A DNA stretch of 64,000 nucleotides from Camelus dromedarius (taxonomy: Eukaryota): NCBI RefSeq assembly GCF_036321535.1, contig NC_087436.1:73534001-73598000 (forward strand). Reading direction: 5' to 3'. This document shows positions 62,694 through 64,000 of this stretch, piece by piece. How positions within the stretch are numbered: position 1 is the first letter of the stretch; each line of letters opens with the position of its first letter. The position numbers and the translations under genes were made by a program. Under the pieces are notes generated by a model. It saw only the letters and a list, made by a program, of their open reading frames with translations. It ran no database searches and was not told the DNA's origin.

Positions 62694-64000
62694 AAATAGA
62701 TATTATGTTCACTTAATCCCTGGTCATGGATCCCTTTTTTAGATTTTGAGAAAAGTATTTTATTCTTCAAAAAAGATGAGACAGGGAAAGTGGTGAGAGA
62801 AGTCCTTCTCTTACTAAAAGAACATTGCTATCACTGGATGCTAACAGCAATCTTATTTAAAAATTTTTTTTAATAATAAAAGCAATCTTATTCAAAACTA
62901 ATAACTAGGATTCCATAAGATCGGAGGGGGCTAATTGGAGCAAAAGCAGAAGAGGTTGGAGAAGGGTTCCAGTGTTTCTAAATTGAGTGTTGGAGTTCTT
63001 TCTTCACAGTGGTTTCCATTTAAAGAAGTAGCAAGACAGCACGAGGTGGGGCGTAATGTGCATCATCTGCCTCCCGGCTTCAGGAATAGTTTGAGCAGTC
63101 CACTAAGAAGCACAGACTTTTGAAGGGAGAGGTATCTTCACATGTCTTGAAAGGGGAGATAGCTGTGCGTTAGAGCACCTGTGCTGCAGCGCACCCCTGC
63201 CTCTTCCCACCACTACCACCGCCGCCCTGAGATGGCACCTGCCATCTGAGGACCATGTGATTTTTACTGGACCAGCTCAGACTGAAGTTTTCCTCAAGTT
63301 GACACCGCATGGTGAACAACTGGTTAATGACTTCATCTCAGGCTAATGTTACAAAGAAAAAGAAAAAGGGGTCAGGAGTAAGAATGAGACTTCCAGAAAT
63401 AATGGAATACCAAAGATCTGAGAGAGAAACATCTGCAAAATCAGTGATAGTTTGCCAGAGTTCAGTCACTCAGGCTGGCCTGGAGTAGAGAAGAGAAGAA
63501 GGCCTCTCAGCTGCACAGTCCAGCCTGGAGCCCAACAGACATCTTAACATGGCCATCATTTTTGGGGGGGTTATTTTTTTTGCCTAGATTGCTTCTGGAG
63601 CCTCCCAAACTGGTCTCTCAGCCTCCAGTTGGTCGCTGCTTCTCCCTGCCATCCTCCATACTCCCAACAGTAAGCTTTCTAAGATGCACATGCGAGCCGA
63701 AGAGACTGCCAGTGCCTGCTGTCTGGAGCCCTCAGCCAGCTGAATAAGAGCCTTTGTGCTCTACCGCTCTCTGGTTTAGCTCCCTTCGAGTATATTTTAG
63801 AACCGTACCAAGATATTTGCGATCCTGGCATACAGCCTGCTTTTTTCATTTCTCATTTTGGTTTTGCATGTGCTCTTTCCTCCACCCTTTTGTTGGCCCT
63901 CACGTTAAAGGCTGTTTCCCTGTATGGAGAGCTACAACAGTGGAGAATTCATAAAACACAAAACATACTTGGCCTTAGTTGAAATTTTGTTCAAGTATAG

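Larger units (their letters stand above)
7385..62715 (+). other. USO1: USO1 (p115) gene, exon 2 to 3'UTR; exon 1 and promoter lie upstream of the window
   Basis: 23 constitutive GT-AG exons join into one open frame (2826 nt) matching p115 from IQKLCDRVASSTLLDDRR through the armadillo head and coiled coils to the acidic tail EEEDELESGDQDDEDDEDEDDGKEQGHI*. 3' end estimated from AATAAA at 62688. Confidence 0.98.

Noticed and set aside
63226..63251. Short inverted repeat AGATGGCA-CC-TGCCATCT
   Set aside because: An 8-bp stem is expected by chance in 64 kb, and it is too short for a miRNA or MITE.
1..64000. A novel multi-gene system, CRISPR array or prokaryotic/viral operon
   Set aside because: All coding signal is explained by USO1 exons and decayed transposons. 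The remaining ORF-track entries are short, low-complexity, repeat-derived or antisense to exons. No repeat-spacer array is present.

Overview
AT-rich mammalian genomic DNA, almost certainly camelid: it carries vic-1-type tRNA-Ala-derived SINEs, and the protein ends ...GKEQGHI as I recall for cetartiodactyl orthologues. The window holds nearly the whole USO1 gene (p115, general vesicular transport factor/Golgi tether) on the + strand. Exon 1 (about 22 codons) lies upstream of the window. 23 constitutive coding exons (7385-61763) splice in frame to 2826 nt, i.e. 941 aa plus stop. There are also two frame-preserving microexons (12 nt, DDVE; 21 nt, GDKIDRR), one minor-spliceosome (U12) GT-AG intron and a ~0.95 kb 3'UTR. 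Introns are filled with ordinary mammalian repeats: L1, L2, MaLR LTRs, a near full-length Tigger1, MER94, MER5A, camelid SINEs and a MER41-like ERV1 solo LTR. I see no evidence for a wholly new multi-gene system. The most notable signals are the U12 intron, the microexons and their regulatory motifs, the MER41-like LTR with IRF/GAS/NF-kB motifs, a templated-insertion repair scar, poly(A)-only insertions with target-site duplications, a direct repeat across the intron 8 junctions and a candidate truncating last exon. Repeat family names and orthologue comparisons come from recall, not database searches, and repeat boundaries without TSDs/TIRs are approximate.
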